Under the pieces are notes generated by a model that was given only the letters and a program-made list of their open reading frames with translations, did not search any database and was not told the DNA's origin. From an uncultured virus (IMG/VR IMGVR_UViG_3300014208_000430) (lineage: Duplodnaviria; Heunggongvirae; Uroviricota; Caudoviricetes), in the IMG/VR virus record IMGVR_UViG_3300014208_000430: a stretch of DNA of 64,000 bases; one strand, written 5' to 3'. Position 1 is the first letter of the stretch. Every line of letters begins with the position of its first letter. The position numbers and the translations under genes are program-made. This document shows positions 38,136-47,256 of this stretch, piece after piece.

Positions 38136-39050
38136 CTATTGTTCAAATTTTTTCCAAGCTGGTGTCCAACCTTTTAATGGTGTTACGCCATCATCTTCGA
38201 ACCAAGATAATTTCTTTCCACAACCAGGACAGAATGATGATTTGGGTGGAACATTTTTATCATGACAGCTGTCGCATTCAGCAAATTCAACTTTATTTTC
38301 TTCGAATTTTTTAAAGTCGTTTGTTAAACATTCAATTCCTGTGCATGTTTTCTCAAGCTTTTCATGAACATGTCCTAAGTGTTCATTAACTTTTCCAAAC
38401 TTATCTTCAAGATTTTTAAGTTTAAGTTCGAGATCTGATTTAATATCATTTTTTAATACATTTGAAGTTTCGCCATATTTTGATTCAATTTGTTCTAATT
38501 TTTTAGAATTTTCTTTATTTATTCTAACCATTTCATTAACATTGCTTTCTAAAGCTTTTCGTCTTGCAATTTCATCAAAATCTCGTTCTCTTTGCATTTG
38601 TCTCATTTCAGGGGATACATTATATTCATCGCTATCGTTCATTCTTTTCACCTTTTTCTTAATAATTTTTTTGTTATTTTCAGTTGCTGGTTTAATTATT
38701 TCTATTTTAACTTCTGGTTTAATTTCAGGTTTAGTTATTTGAAAATTAGGAGTTTCTAACTTTGGTTCTGATTTAACTTCGGGAATTATAACTTCAGAAA
38801 TTTTAACATCTTTTGGTTTAACTTCAATATCTTCTGGCTCAAAAGTCATTGGCTTTTGTTCTTTTTTAGGAATTTCAGGTTGCTTATTTCCAGTTTTAAG
38901 TTCAGCTAATTCATTAAGATTATTTCCAATTTCTTTTAAAATATCTTTCCTTAAATAAGGTTTGCTCACATCTATTCCGCCAGAGTCATATATAGGAACA
39001 GGTCTCCACCTTTTCTTAGGTTCTTCAACAAGTTCTCCGCTCAATTTCAT
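38136..39050 (-). CDS. Protein with Pro/Glu/Lys low-complexity region, coiled coil and C-terminal zinc ribbon
   Basis: KPEIKPEVK, long heptad region, CDSC...FCPGCG; GGTGA SD. Confidence 0.7.
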   Translation of the reverse strand: MKLSGELVEEPKKRWRPVPIYDSGGIDVSKPYLRKDILKEIGNNLNELAELKTGNKQPEIPKKEQKPMTFEPEDIEVKPKDVKISEVIIPEVKSEPKLETPNFQITKPEIKPEVKIEIIKPATENNKKIIKKKVKRMNDSDEYNVSPEMRQMQRERDFDEIARRKALESNVNEMVRINKENSKKLEQIESKYGETSNVLKNDIKSDLELKLKNLEDKFGKVNEHLGHVHEKLEKTCTGIECLTNDFKKFEENKVEFAECDSCHDKNVPPKSSFCPGCGKKLSWFEDDGVTPLKGWTPAWKKFEQ

Positions 39051-39375
39051 TCACCTTAATTAAATTTTCAGTTTTATATTTCTGATATTTTTCTAGAATT
39101 TCGTTGTTAAAAAGACGTCGCCAATTCTTCTTAATAAGATGTCTTATGGTAATTCCATCAAGACAATTCTTATATATACTTTGAGATACGTTATCTTTAG
39201 CATTTTTTAGCTTAAAAATTCGGTTATATAATTCAGAATCTTTTTTGCTTAGTGTACATTTATCTAACTCAACAAACCAAAATTTTTCCATAGTTTCATC
39301 GTCACTTTCGCCTAAACACTTGAGGACAAGATTTCTTGATTCGCCAATAGATAAATCCTTAAAAAATTTGTCCAT
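39025..39375 (-). CDS. Hypothetical protein (116 aa)
   Basis: ORF track; first gene after the promoter near 39500. Confidence 0.6.
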   Translation of the reverse strand: MDKFFKDLSIGESRNLVLKCLGESDDETMEKFWFVELDKCTLSKKDSELYNRIFKLKNAKDNVSQSIYKNCLDGITIRHLIKKNWRRLFNNEILEKYQKYKTENLIKVNEIERRTC

Positions 39376-39498
39376 TTTCTATCACTTTATTTCTTTAATT
39401 TTCTTTAAAAATAATTTCTTTATATTTCATAAAAATTTGATTAAATTGTTAATAATAACGGCTTTAATTTTGCCTTATACTCTTATATGTTCAGAGGT

Positions 39499-39515
39499 GT
39501 ATATAAGGCTTTCGG
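39499..39515 (-). promoter_or_regulatory. Archaeal BRE/TATA promoter
   Basis: Minus strand CCGAAAGCCTTATATAC, a good match to the BRE-TTATATA consensus. Confidence 0.6.
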
Positions 39516-39594
39516 TCAGATATAATATGATGATTATCATAAGTATAACTGGAATATAAGAATAAGGAATATATGAAATGTCGTAAGAATCTTG

Positions 39595-39654
39595 GAAAAA
39601 TCACGTCTACCGCTATCGGTTTTTTTAGAAAAATCACGTCTACCGCTATCGGTT
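39595..39654 (+). repeat. Iteron-like 27-bp direct repeat x2 (33-bp period)
   Basis: gaaaaatcacgtctaccgctatcggtt at 39595-39621 and 39628-39654; degenerate copies near 39708 and 40013; inverted copy at 40048-40061. Confidence 0.9.
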
Positions 39655-39722
39655 CTGATTTAAAATATAGTGTCTACTGATACTGATTTTTTTTAAAAAC
39701 GCAAACAATGTCAACCGCTATC

Positions 39723-39996
39723 GGAAAAGTTATTTTTTTTTTTGCATTTTTGATTATCTTCATTAATTTCATAATTTTATGTATAAATTTCCTTTGAATT
39801 TCTTGAAAAAAAAATAATTATAATACTTTTTTTTGAAAAAAAAGTCTAACGGCTTAAACGTTTTCGTGGCTTATTCAGAAAACAAAAAAAAGTATTATAA
39901 TTATTTTTTTTTAAGAAAGTGTAATAGAATTTCTTCTTGAATATAATGATGTATATTAGAAAAATTTTATGATGCAAAAAAAAAAATAAGATTTCC
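39723..39996. repeat. Nested imperfect palindrome; candidate replication origin
   Basis: Inner arms 39799-39835 and 39883-39918 (one indel); outer arms 39723-39747 and 39972-39996; both centred near 39859. Confidence 0.8.
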
Positions 39997-40083
39997 AAAA
40001 AACGTCAAAAATATCATGTCTACCGCTAACGAACTGCGGTTTTTAGCAAAACCGATAGCGGGAGGCTTTTTTTTTTTCATCTT

Positions 40084-40866
40084 CTACTTTACTTCTTCCC
40101 AAACAATATCAAATCCACACTTCTTACAGGGTTTTTCTAAATATTCTACTTTTTCTCTACACTTTGGACATAAAACTTCATCATTTTTAAATTCTGAATT
40201 TTCATTTATTTCATCAGTTTTTTCGTTATTTGTATAAACTTTATTGATAATTTCTAAGTTTTCCTTTTTTATTTTTTCTTCGAGTTCTCTCATCCGTTCT
40301 TTTTCTTTTAAATCATTTTCTATTTTAGATTCGTACTCAGTTCTTTCTATTTCTAACCTTCTTTCTTCATTACAAAATATAAATTCACCATTTTCAAAAT
40401 AAACATCTATTCCTTTATCTGATAATATATTATTCAATTTTTTATGTAAGTATTCAGAACTGTGAGAAATTCCCAAATATTTTTTCAGTAAATTTTCTTT
40501 TATATTTTTTGTGTACAAATTCGTTGGATAGGTTGTTACATATTCCATTAATTTTTTTTCAAACTCAGGCTTAATTAAATCAGTTTCTCTTTTAACATCT
40601 TTTGACGATCTAAAAAAAACAAATTCTTTAGATTTTCTTTTGATAGAAACACTTATATTATTACCTGTTTCTATTAAAATATTTCGCAATTTACTATATA
40701 AATTGTCTGTTCTATAGTTTATATTTAAAGTTGTATTTATATAATCCTCTTTCAACACAACCTTAACTTCACCATTATTCAGTTTATCATTTATGTAAAT
40801 TCCTATTTTATTATTAAAATCATTCATAAATATATCGAATTTTCTTTGTTTATTACGTGATTCCAT
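40084..40866 (-). CDS. Hypothetical protein with coiled coil and C-terminal zinc ribbon; candidate origin-binding protein
   Basis: CPKC...CKKCG; lies between the helicase and the repeat region. Confidence 0.65.
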   Translation of the reverse strand: MESRNKQRKFDIFMNDFNNKIGIYINDKLNNGEVKVVLKEDYINTTLNINYRTDNLYSKLRNILIETGNNISVSIKRKSKEFVFFRSSKDVKRETDLIKPEFEKKLMEYVTTYPTNLYTKNIKENLLKKYLGISHSSEYLHKKLNNILSDKGIDVYFENGEFIFCNEERRLEIERTEYESKIENDLKEKERMRELEEKIKKENLEIINKVYTNNEKTDEINENSEFKNDEVLCPKCREKVEYLEKPCKKCGFDIVWEEVK

Positions 40867-40876
40867 AAATATAACC

Positions 40877-42100
40877 TTACGATTTAAGTTTTAATTCTAA
40901 TTTTTTTAATTTTTCTTCAATTTCTGTTTTTTGCGCTTCGAGTGAAAATAATTGCATTTCAACTGGAAGATCTTTATCATTCTCTATGGTTGGAAGAGCT
41001 CCTTCCATATTATCTTTCCATAATGATGGAACACTTTCACGTTTGAAATTGAAACCTTTTTCTTTTATATATAATTTATGACCTTCTAGTGCCCAATTAA
41101 ATATTCCAGTTAGTTCTTTTCTGAATTTAGAATAAATATCAATATCAACTTCATCATGACCTCTTACTATTTCAGTAAGCATTACTCTTCTTTTAAATTC
41201 TGTTGTTCTTAAAATTTCATCTGTAACAGTAGGTAATTTATTACATGCCCAACTCAATTTTGCATAATTAACAAATTCAAATGGACTTTCAAAAATATTT
41301 CTTCCTACGATTGGATCACCAGATGTTAATCTTTTGAACACTGAAATATCTTTAATTGGTGTTGTACTCATATCATAGTTTATATTGGCATATTTTCCAT
41401 ATAATCTTCCAATCGCATATGAATTGGGAATATTAAAATCTTGAAGCTCAAAATTTGTTACATTCTTTTCACCTAATAAATCTCTTAGTATCATAAATAT
41501 TTTACTCTTTCCACTTCCAGATATACCAAAAATCCCATGTGCAATTTGCTCTTTATTTTCTCTTATAAATTGATATCCAAACCATTTTTGCATTCTTATT
41601 CTATCTTCATCATTTGGAAGCATACCTTTTATTGCTTTTTCCCATATAGGACATTTTGCTTCTTTATCATATGGTATATTTAGCATTCCTTGGAAATAAT
41701 AATCTGGAGTATGATTAATCAATTCATCTGTTTCCAGATTAAAAATTCCATTTTTCATATTTATTAGATGTCTTGGATGAATGAATTCTTCTCTGTTAAT
41801 ATATGTATTGTCATTAATTATTAAAATTAATGAATCTATAAATGATTTGTATGATGTCATAAAATCCTGTGAACACCATTCATGTATATAAGATGAACCA
41901 TTTGGTAAATAATATCCAACATTTTTATCATATATAAACATTTCTTTTTGAGTTTTATCTGTTCTTACTGTTTTGAATTTATAATTCTTTAATGATAATA
42001 TCAACATTGCTTTTTCATAAATCTCCTTATGATCATATTTTCTAAATCTTCTAGCATCATTATTTTGTTCTATCAAATTTTCTATATCGACTTTTTCCAT
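40877..42100 (-). CDS. Superfamily 3 helicase, D5/P4-primase C-terminal type
   Basis: D5_N-like LINMKNGIFNL..HTPDYY; Walker A GISGSGKS; FKRLTSGD.I.GR; ACNKLP; RRVML. Confidence 0.9.
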   Translation of the reverse strand: MEKVDIENLIEQNNDARRFRKYDHKEIYEKAMLILSLKNYKFKTVRTDKTQKEMFIYDKNVGYYLPNGSSYIHEWCSQDFMTSYKSFIDSLILIINDNTYINREEFIHPRHLINMKNGIFNLETDELINHTPDYYFQGMLNIPYDKEAKCPIWEKAIKGMLPNDEDRIRMQKWFGYQFIRENKEQIAHGIFGISGSGKSKIFMILRDLLGEKNVTNFELQDFNIPNSYAIGRLYGKYANINYDMSTTPIKDISVFKRLTSGDPIVGRNIFESPFEFVNYAKLSWACNKLPTVTDEILRTTEFKRRVMLTEIVRGHDEVDIDIYSKFRKELTGIFNWALEGHKLYIKEKGFNFKRESVPSLWKDNMEGALPTIENDKDLPVEMQLFSLEAQKTEIEEKLKKLELKLKS

Positions 42101-42194
42101 ATAATCCTCACATATTCAATTAAAATTTATTTATGTAGGTTGAGGATTCTTTGTTTCTTTGATTTGTGGTTTGTGATTTGTATTTATTAGTATT

Positions 42195-42977
42195 TTACTC
42201 GCATATTTTTCTAGAAGTTTCTAATATATCATCAACTTCTTTTATTTCTTCTTTTGTTAACAAAAATCTACGTTTAAGTGGAATAGGAATCCATACTTTT
42301 TTACTCGAATCTTCTTTAATCAAATCTTCTTTAAGATTTTCAGTTAAATCAGGCTTTTTATCTTCTCCATATTTTACTATAGATAATAGTTCTTCTAATC
42401 TTTTAGAACCAGCATTTAATATAACAGTTTCTTTTTCCATTTCTTCTATACTTAATTCTTTTTCTTGTAAATTATCATTATTAATTACATCATTCAATTC
42501 TTTCTCTAATTTTTCTTGAGTTTTATCTAATTCTTCCAACTTTTTAGATTCTAACTCTAATTTCTCTTTATTTTTACACTCCTCTATAATTAATTGTTTC
42601 TGATAATTTCCATTATAATGATCTAAACAAAATTTACTATATTTTATAGTGTTTAATTCAGGCTTAAATTCTGTTATTAATATTTTTTCTAATAACTGTG
42701 CATCATTTTCATTTGTAATGAATATATCAATAGAATCGATTATATTATAATGCCACGTTTCACACAAATGTCTTGATAATCTACCTTGTATTCCATTACC
42801 ACAGCATGACATTCCAATGTAAGATTCGTTATACTTTAAATTCAAAACATATACACCATAATAATTTAACAATTTTGATTCTAGTAAATCTAAATTGTCA
42901 ATTATCATTGATCCTATTATTTTGATGTTAGTTCCTTCAATTATTTTGTCTACATTAACTCTATTTATTTTATTCAT
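42195..42977 (-). CDS. GIY-YIG nuclease domain protein with coiled-coil tail
   Basis: GVYVL...SYIGMS...RLSRH...LEKILI..FKPELN. Confidence 0.75.
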   Translation of the reverse strand: MNKINRVNVDKIIEGTNIKIIGSMIIDNLDLLESKLLNYYGVYVLNLKYNESYIGMSCCGNGIQGRLSRHLCETWHYNIIDSIDIFITNENDAQLLEKILITEFKPELNTIKYSKFCLDHYNGNYQKQLIIEECKNKEKLELESKKLEELDKTQEKLEKELNDVINNDNLQEKELSIEEMEKETVILNAGSKRLEELLSIVKYGEDKKPDLTENLKEDLIKEDSSKKVWIPIPLKRRFLLTKEEIKEVDDILETSRKICE

Positions 42978-43251
42978 TTTTTAATTCATCCATCTGTCTA
43001 TTATTTTCTGATCCATCCATTATTTCTTTTGTAACAATTATCTTATCAAATTCTTCATACATAAGTTTTTGTAATTCAGAATCAGCTTGCGATAGTAATT
43101 CTTTTGCTTCATTTATCAAGTTAAATATATTTTTTGTTTTTATAAATCCAATCTTATTTGAGATTTTTATTTGTAAATAAGTTAAATTATTTCTATTTTT
43201 TCTTAACTCAAAATAAAAATCCATACATTCATCTACTGTATATTCTTTCAT
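42970..43251 (-). CDS. Hypothetical protein (93 aa)
   Basis: ORF track; GAGGAG SD. Confidence 0.55.
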   Translation of the reverse strand: MKEYTVDECMDFYFELRKNRNNLTYLQIKISNKIGFIKTKNIFNLINEAKELLSQADSELQKLMYEEFDKIIVTKEIMDGSENNRQMDELKNE

Positions 43252-44749
43252 TTAAATTTCTCCTCAATTTAAGTTCATTTTTCTTATCTAATTTTTCACG
43301 ATAATATTCATTAACATCCAAAAATTCTATAACTTTTTTTTCTAAATTACTTATTTTATTTATATTTTTATATTCTTTTAATTTATCAGTTTCTTCTAAA
43401 ATTTTTCTATCTAAAGACTTTTTATATAAGTTTTGTTTTAAATTATAAATTCGTTCTTTAAGTTCGACACATCCAAAATTGAAAATTTCTTTTTCTTCAT
43501 AATTTGTAAAATGTAAATTTTCACACTTTTTTACCAATTCGTTGTAAAATACATCACTTTCACCAATGAATTTTAATATTGATTGATTTTCAATTTCATT
43601 TAATTTGGTTCCATTAAACTCATTTTCTAATGTTAATATTTTTATATCACATTTTTCATTATTCCATATTCCTATTTTTCCACGTAAATTATATTTCCAA
43701 AATTTATCTATTTCTATATTATATTTTTTATAAATTTTTGTAACATTATCAAATTCAATATAATCTGTCGATGGTTTTAATTTAGAAACATGTTCTTTTA
43801 TTATATTTATAATAGTACTTCCATGCTTATTATAATCAAATTCTATAACAAATTTTCTAATTTTTGTACTTGTAAATATGTTTAATTCTTCATTGTATTT
43901 ATTTTCTAATATAATTTCATCTTCGCTAAGAATATCTGATGGTTCAAATGATTTTCTACCATTAAGAATATCATTATGTTCTTTAATTTTATCGGCAAAT
44001 TCCTTAACTTTATCATTATATGATTTAATTTTGTTATCATATGTTTGTATATTTGTCAACTTACTATCTTTCAATAATTCATTTATAGTTACTAATTCAT
44101 TCAATGAAATTTTATATGGAGTTACAAAATTATTATTATCTTCATATCGTTTTAATATATAAAATCCATCTATATAAAGATAAGCTCCAATTGAAATTCT
44201 ATCATTAGCAAAAATATATCTAACAGTTGGAGTTTTATCAATAACCTCGATTCCATTTAATAATTTTGGAGAATGTTTTTTATATCCAAATAATCCATCT
44301 TCACAAAGGAATTCTTTGAGATACATATTTTTTTCGACTACAATAAAATTATTATTTGGATACTTTTCAGATAACTCATTTATAGTATTTACATCTGCAT
44401 AACTCAAAACAGTATATCCACATATATTATTTTCATCAAGAATAATTTGTATATCTTTCACTTTAATCTTAATGTCAGCATTTTCTTTTTTATGATTTAA
44501 ATGAGAAGAGTCAAACCATAAGTCACAAGACCTTTGTTTTAGTCGATTTTCTGGTGACAATGATTCTATTGGATAATGGGCAAAATTAGGATGTATTCCA
44601 TCTTTATAATGTACGTTACATTCACATTCTGGACATGTATATATTTTATTTCTCACATTAGTATATTCAGTATTATTGTCCTTAATATCTCTTATTTTAA
44701 TTATTTCACTAACATTTACAAGTCTACCATCATACAAAGCTTCTTCCAT
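43229..44749 (-). CDS. Large hypothetical protein with N-terminal CoiA-like zinc finger
   Basis: YTCPECECNV...PNFAHYP...C; GGAG SD. Confidence 0.6.
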   Translation of the reverse strand: MEEALYDGRLVNVSEIIKIRDIKDNNTEYTNVRNKIYTCPECECNVHYKDGIHPNFAHYPIESLSPENRLKQRSCDLWFDSSHLNHKKENADIKIKVKDIQIILDENNICGYTVLSYADVNTINELSEKYPNNNFIVVEKNMYLKEFLCEDGLFGYKKHSPKLLNGIEVIDKTPTVRYIFANDRISIGAYLYIDGFYILKRYEDNNNFVTPYKISLNELVTINELLKDSKLTNIQTYDNKIKSYNDKVKEFADKIKEHNDILNGRKSFEPSDILSEDEIILENKYNEELNIFTSTKIRKFVIEFDYNKHGSTIINIIKEHVSKLKPSTDYIEFDNVTKIYKKYNIEIDKFWKYNLRGKIGIWNNEKCDIKILTLENEFNGTKLNEIENQSILKFIGESDVFYNELVKKCENLHFTNYEEKEIFNFGCVELKERIYNLKQNLYKKSLDRKILEETDKLKEYKNINKISNLEKKVIEFLDVNEYYREKLDKKNELKLRRNLNERIYSR

Positions 44750-44783
44750 TACTCAATCTCCTCAGTTCAAACTTTTTCTTTCT

Positions 44784-44927
44784 TTAATCTTCAATTAACT
44801 CAACTTTCAATTCTTTGTTGTTAATTTCTTTTAATGAAACATACTGTCCAGCTTCTCCCCATGTCATAGGAATAGTTATATATTTTGTACCTTCTCTATT
44901 TATAATACCAATCTTTCTTACATCCAT
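44784..44927 (-). CDS. AbrB/MazE-like small DNA-binding protein (47 aa)
   Basis: Manual translation MDVRKIGIINREGTKYITIPMTWGEAGQYVSLKEINNKELKVELIED; GAGGTGA SD. Confidence 0.6.
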   Translation of the reverse strand: MDVRKIGIINREGTKYITIPMTWGEAGQYVSLKEINNKELKVELIED

Positions 44928-44977
44928 AATACAATTTCACCTCATAATAACAACGGCTTATACTATATAGTTTTTAT

Positions 44978-45055
44978 AGTATTTAAGTCTTTTGATTTTT
45001 TGTAAATTATTTTAAAAAGTATATAATTTTTATATACCTCATATAAGACTTTTCC
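44978..45055 (-). promoter_or_regulatory. Tandem archaeal BRE/TATA promoter candidates for the replication operon
   Basis: Minus strand CAAAAGACTTAAATA (about 44980-44994) and GGAAAAGTCTTATAT (45041-45055). Confidence 0.5.
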
Positions 45056-45159
45056 TTATTAAACGCAAGCCTGTCAAAAACCTTATACATCTACCGAAAT
45101 TCCTACTCATAAGCCTCTTATGGTTAATTTAAAGTTGAGTAAACAAAAAATATAACGTT

Positions 45160-45792
45160 CTACCTATTTTGTATTAATTCAATAGCTTTCTCAAAATACT
45201 TTCCATGAATACTTTCAACTTTATATTTCTCTAAAATATTTATCACTTCTGATATTGGTATAAAATCTTTATTATAAGGAATTCTATCAGTTGTATGTTC
45301 TACTTCAAAATTGTGCTTAAAATCTTCAAGATTTGTAGTTGCCATTGATCTATTACATGGAATACAAACTGCTCTTAGATTTTTAACGTTGTCAGTGCCT
45401 CCATTATATTTTGCTATTATATGTCCAGCTTCGAAATTGTCATCTGTAATTGTTCTTCCACAAACGTAACATTTTCCACTCTTAGAGTTTCCAATGTCTC
45501 TTAACCAGACGAATTCTCGTTGTCTTTTAGTTATTTTAGAATCTTTTATATACTCTTTAAATTCTTTAGTATGAATACTATCATTTTCAAATTCTTCTAT
45601 TTCTTCTATAAATTCTCCATCTTCATCTTTAATCATAACAGTAACATCTGGAAGTTTCTTATATAAACAATAAGAATCCCATTCTGTATGAGCAGATGCT
45701 CCTTCAACGTGTTTAAGTTTGTATTTATATAATAAATCTAACCAGGATTTATATATCTTTTTTCCTACTTTAGGATAAGTCCTCTGTCCCAT
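45160..45792 (-). CDS. HNH endonuclease
   Basis: CYVC...FEAGHIIAKYNGG...NLRAVCIPCNRSM. Confidence 0.85.
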   Translation of the reverse strand: MGQRTYPKVGKKIYKSWLDLLYKYKLKHVEGASAHTEWDSYCLYKKLPDVTVMIKDEDGEFIEEIEEFENDSIHTKEFKEYIKDSKITKRQREFVWLRDIGNSKSGKCYVCGRTITDDNFEAGHIIAKYNGGTDNVKNLRAVCIPCNRSMATTNLEDFKHNFEVEHTTDRIPYNKDFIPISEVINILEKYKVESIHGKYFEKAIELIQNR

Positions 45793-45958
45793 TAAATAAA
45801 TCCTCCTTATACACTGTCAACTACATCTTTAAAATTTTCGTATGGTTTATGTTTATCCATTATTTTATCTATTTCTTCATCAGTCTTTTCTGGCCAGAAC
45901 ATTTCAACCTTTTCTTTATACCTTCATTAAATTCATTTTTATCCATTTGATAATTCTC

Positions 45959-46180
45959 CTAATTGCACTTTAACTCTGTTTCTAAATCTAAGATTCTTAA
46001 CTTTAGTTCTTTTTGTTCTTTAAAATGCCACCACCAAATCTTATTCCGTTTACACTCTAATTCTCTAATTCTTTTAAGAATATCAAGATTATCTGACACT
46101 TTCTGAATTTTAATTGATAATTCCTTACATTTTTCTTGTATAGTAAGAGAATTTCTACAACTACTCATCATAATAATCAT
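45959..46180 (-). CDS. Hypothetical protein; paralog of 46161-46436
   Basis: NKIWWWHFKE...LETELK. Confidence 0.5.
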   Translation of the reverse strand: MIIMMSSCRNSLTIQEKCKELSIKIQKVSDNLDILKRIRELECKRNKIWWWHFKEQKELKLRILDLETELKCN

Positions 46181-46436
46181 ATTTAAGTTTTGTTTCTAAA
46201 TATACAATCGCTCCGTATAAATAGAATCGTTCTCTGAATCTGTACCATTTTATCTTATTAAATTCATTCTTTAAATTATCGATTTTATCTGCAAGTTCTA
46301 ATTTTTTACCTATTTCATCTGAAGCTTTCTTACGTTCTTTTTCCTTCTTTAATCTTTCATCTTCCTTTATCTTATTATAAAATGCTACAATTATATCTTC
46401 ATATTCTTTAGGTAATTGATTATTTTCGTCGCACAT
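46161..46436 (-). CDS. Hypothetical protein; paralog of 45959-46180
   Basis: NKIKWYRFRE...LETKLK. Confidence 0.55.
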   Translation of the reverse strand: MCDENNQLPKEYEDIIVAFYNKIKEDERLKKEKERKKASDEIGKKLELADKIDNLKNEFNKIKWYRFRERFYLYGAIVYLETKLKYDYYDE

Positions 46437-46437
46437 T

Positions 46438-46647
46438 TTAACATCCGAAACAAATAGGTTGATCTAAATTTTTTCTTTTAATTTCTTCTTTCCATAGTTC
46501 TATACTAAGATCAGTGTTATAACAATATTTATCTATTTTATATCTTCTGTTTACATAATATTTACAACAATCTTCCCAAAAATATTCAATTCCATTACAC
46601 CAAGGATATCCTTCTGAAAATCTTAAGTGTTCACATTGATTACACAT
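46438..46647 (-). CDS. Small Cys-rich protein
   Basis: ORF track; CNQC, CC, CFGC. Confidence 0.5.
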   Translation of the reverse strand: MCNQCEHLRFSEGYPWCNGIEYFWEDCCKYYVNRRYKIDKYCYNTDLSIELWKEEIKRKNLDQPICFGC

Positions 46648-46841
46648 TAATTTATCCCTTCATGTTCAAGTTGTTCAATATATTCAAAACAAGGTTCTAT
46701 GTTTCCTTCTAAATGTTCTACATTTTCAATTTTTACTGATATTAATCCAAAATGTAAAAGATGAGCTTGTATCGCAATTTTATAGTTTGAGCAATCATGA
46801 ATACACGATGCTAATGATTCATCTATTGTTTTAAATAACAT
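46647..46841 (-). CDS. Hypothetical protein (64 aa)
   Basis: ORF track; TAATG-coupled. Confidence 0.5.
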   Translation of the reverse strand: MLFKTIDESLASCIHDCSNYKIAIQAHLLHFGLISVKIENVEHLEGNIEPCFEYIEQLEHEGIN

Positions 46842-47050
46842 TATATCAATCCATACTTAGCTAAAAATCCTATACAACCATCTGGATTGTAAAATTTATC
46901 CCATCCTTTTAAACACACTTTTCCACTTGCTTCTAAATCTCCAATAGTTGAAATAACTTCGAATTCATCATCTATGTTTAATGATTTACACAATTGAGGA
47001 ATTGTTTTATATCCAGTTTTTAATTCTTTTAATACATTTTCATGGTTCAT
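46841..47050 (-). CDS. Small winged-helix-like protein
   Basis: VLKELK..KTIPQLCKSLNI...V...IGDLEASGKV. Confidence 0.5.
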   Translation of the reverse strand: MNHENVLKELKTGYKTIPQLCKSLNIDDEFEVISTIGDLEASGKVCLKGWDKFYNPDGCIGFLAKYGLI

Positions 47051-47058
47051 ATAAACAC

Positions 47059-47256
47059 CTACATATAAGTATAAAAATCTCTATAAGATTTTCCATCTTC
47101 TGTTCCACAAGCTTCTTTAGATTTACAATGATTCATAGCTTGTCTTTCAGTAAGATTTTCTCTTACTGTTTTTATATTATTAAAATTGCTGTTGTAGACT
47201 CTCTCTATTTTATATTGATCTTTAACATTTGGCATATAAAAACTCCTAAACAACAA
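47059..47256 (-). CDS. Hypothetical protein
   Basis: ORF track; true start probably MPNVK. Confidence 0.5.
   Translation of the reverse strand: MLFRSFYMPNVKDQYKIERVYNSNFNNIKTVRENLTERQAMNHCKSKEACGTEDGKSYRDFYTYM

Noticed and set aside
39595..39654. Possible CRISPR mini-array
   Set aside because: Only two perfect 27-bp copies separated by 6 nt, too short for a spacer; other copies are degenerate or inverted; no cas genes seen.
45075..45089. Plus-strand promoter-like CAAAAACCTTATACA driving an antisense RNA
   Set aside because: Imperfect TATA, no downstream plus-strand ORF, and such motifs arise readily in AT-rich DNA.
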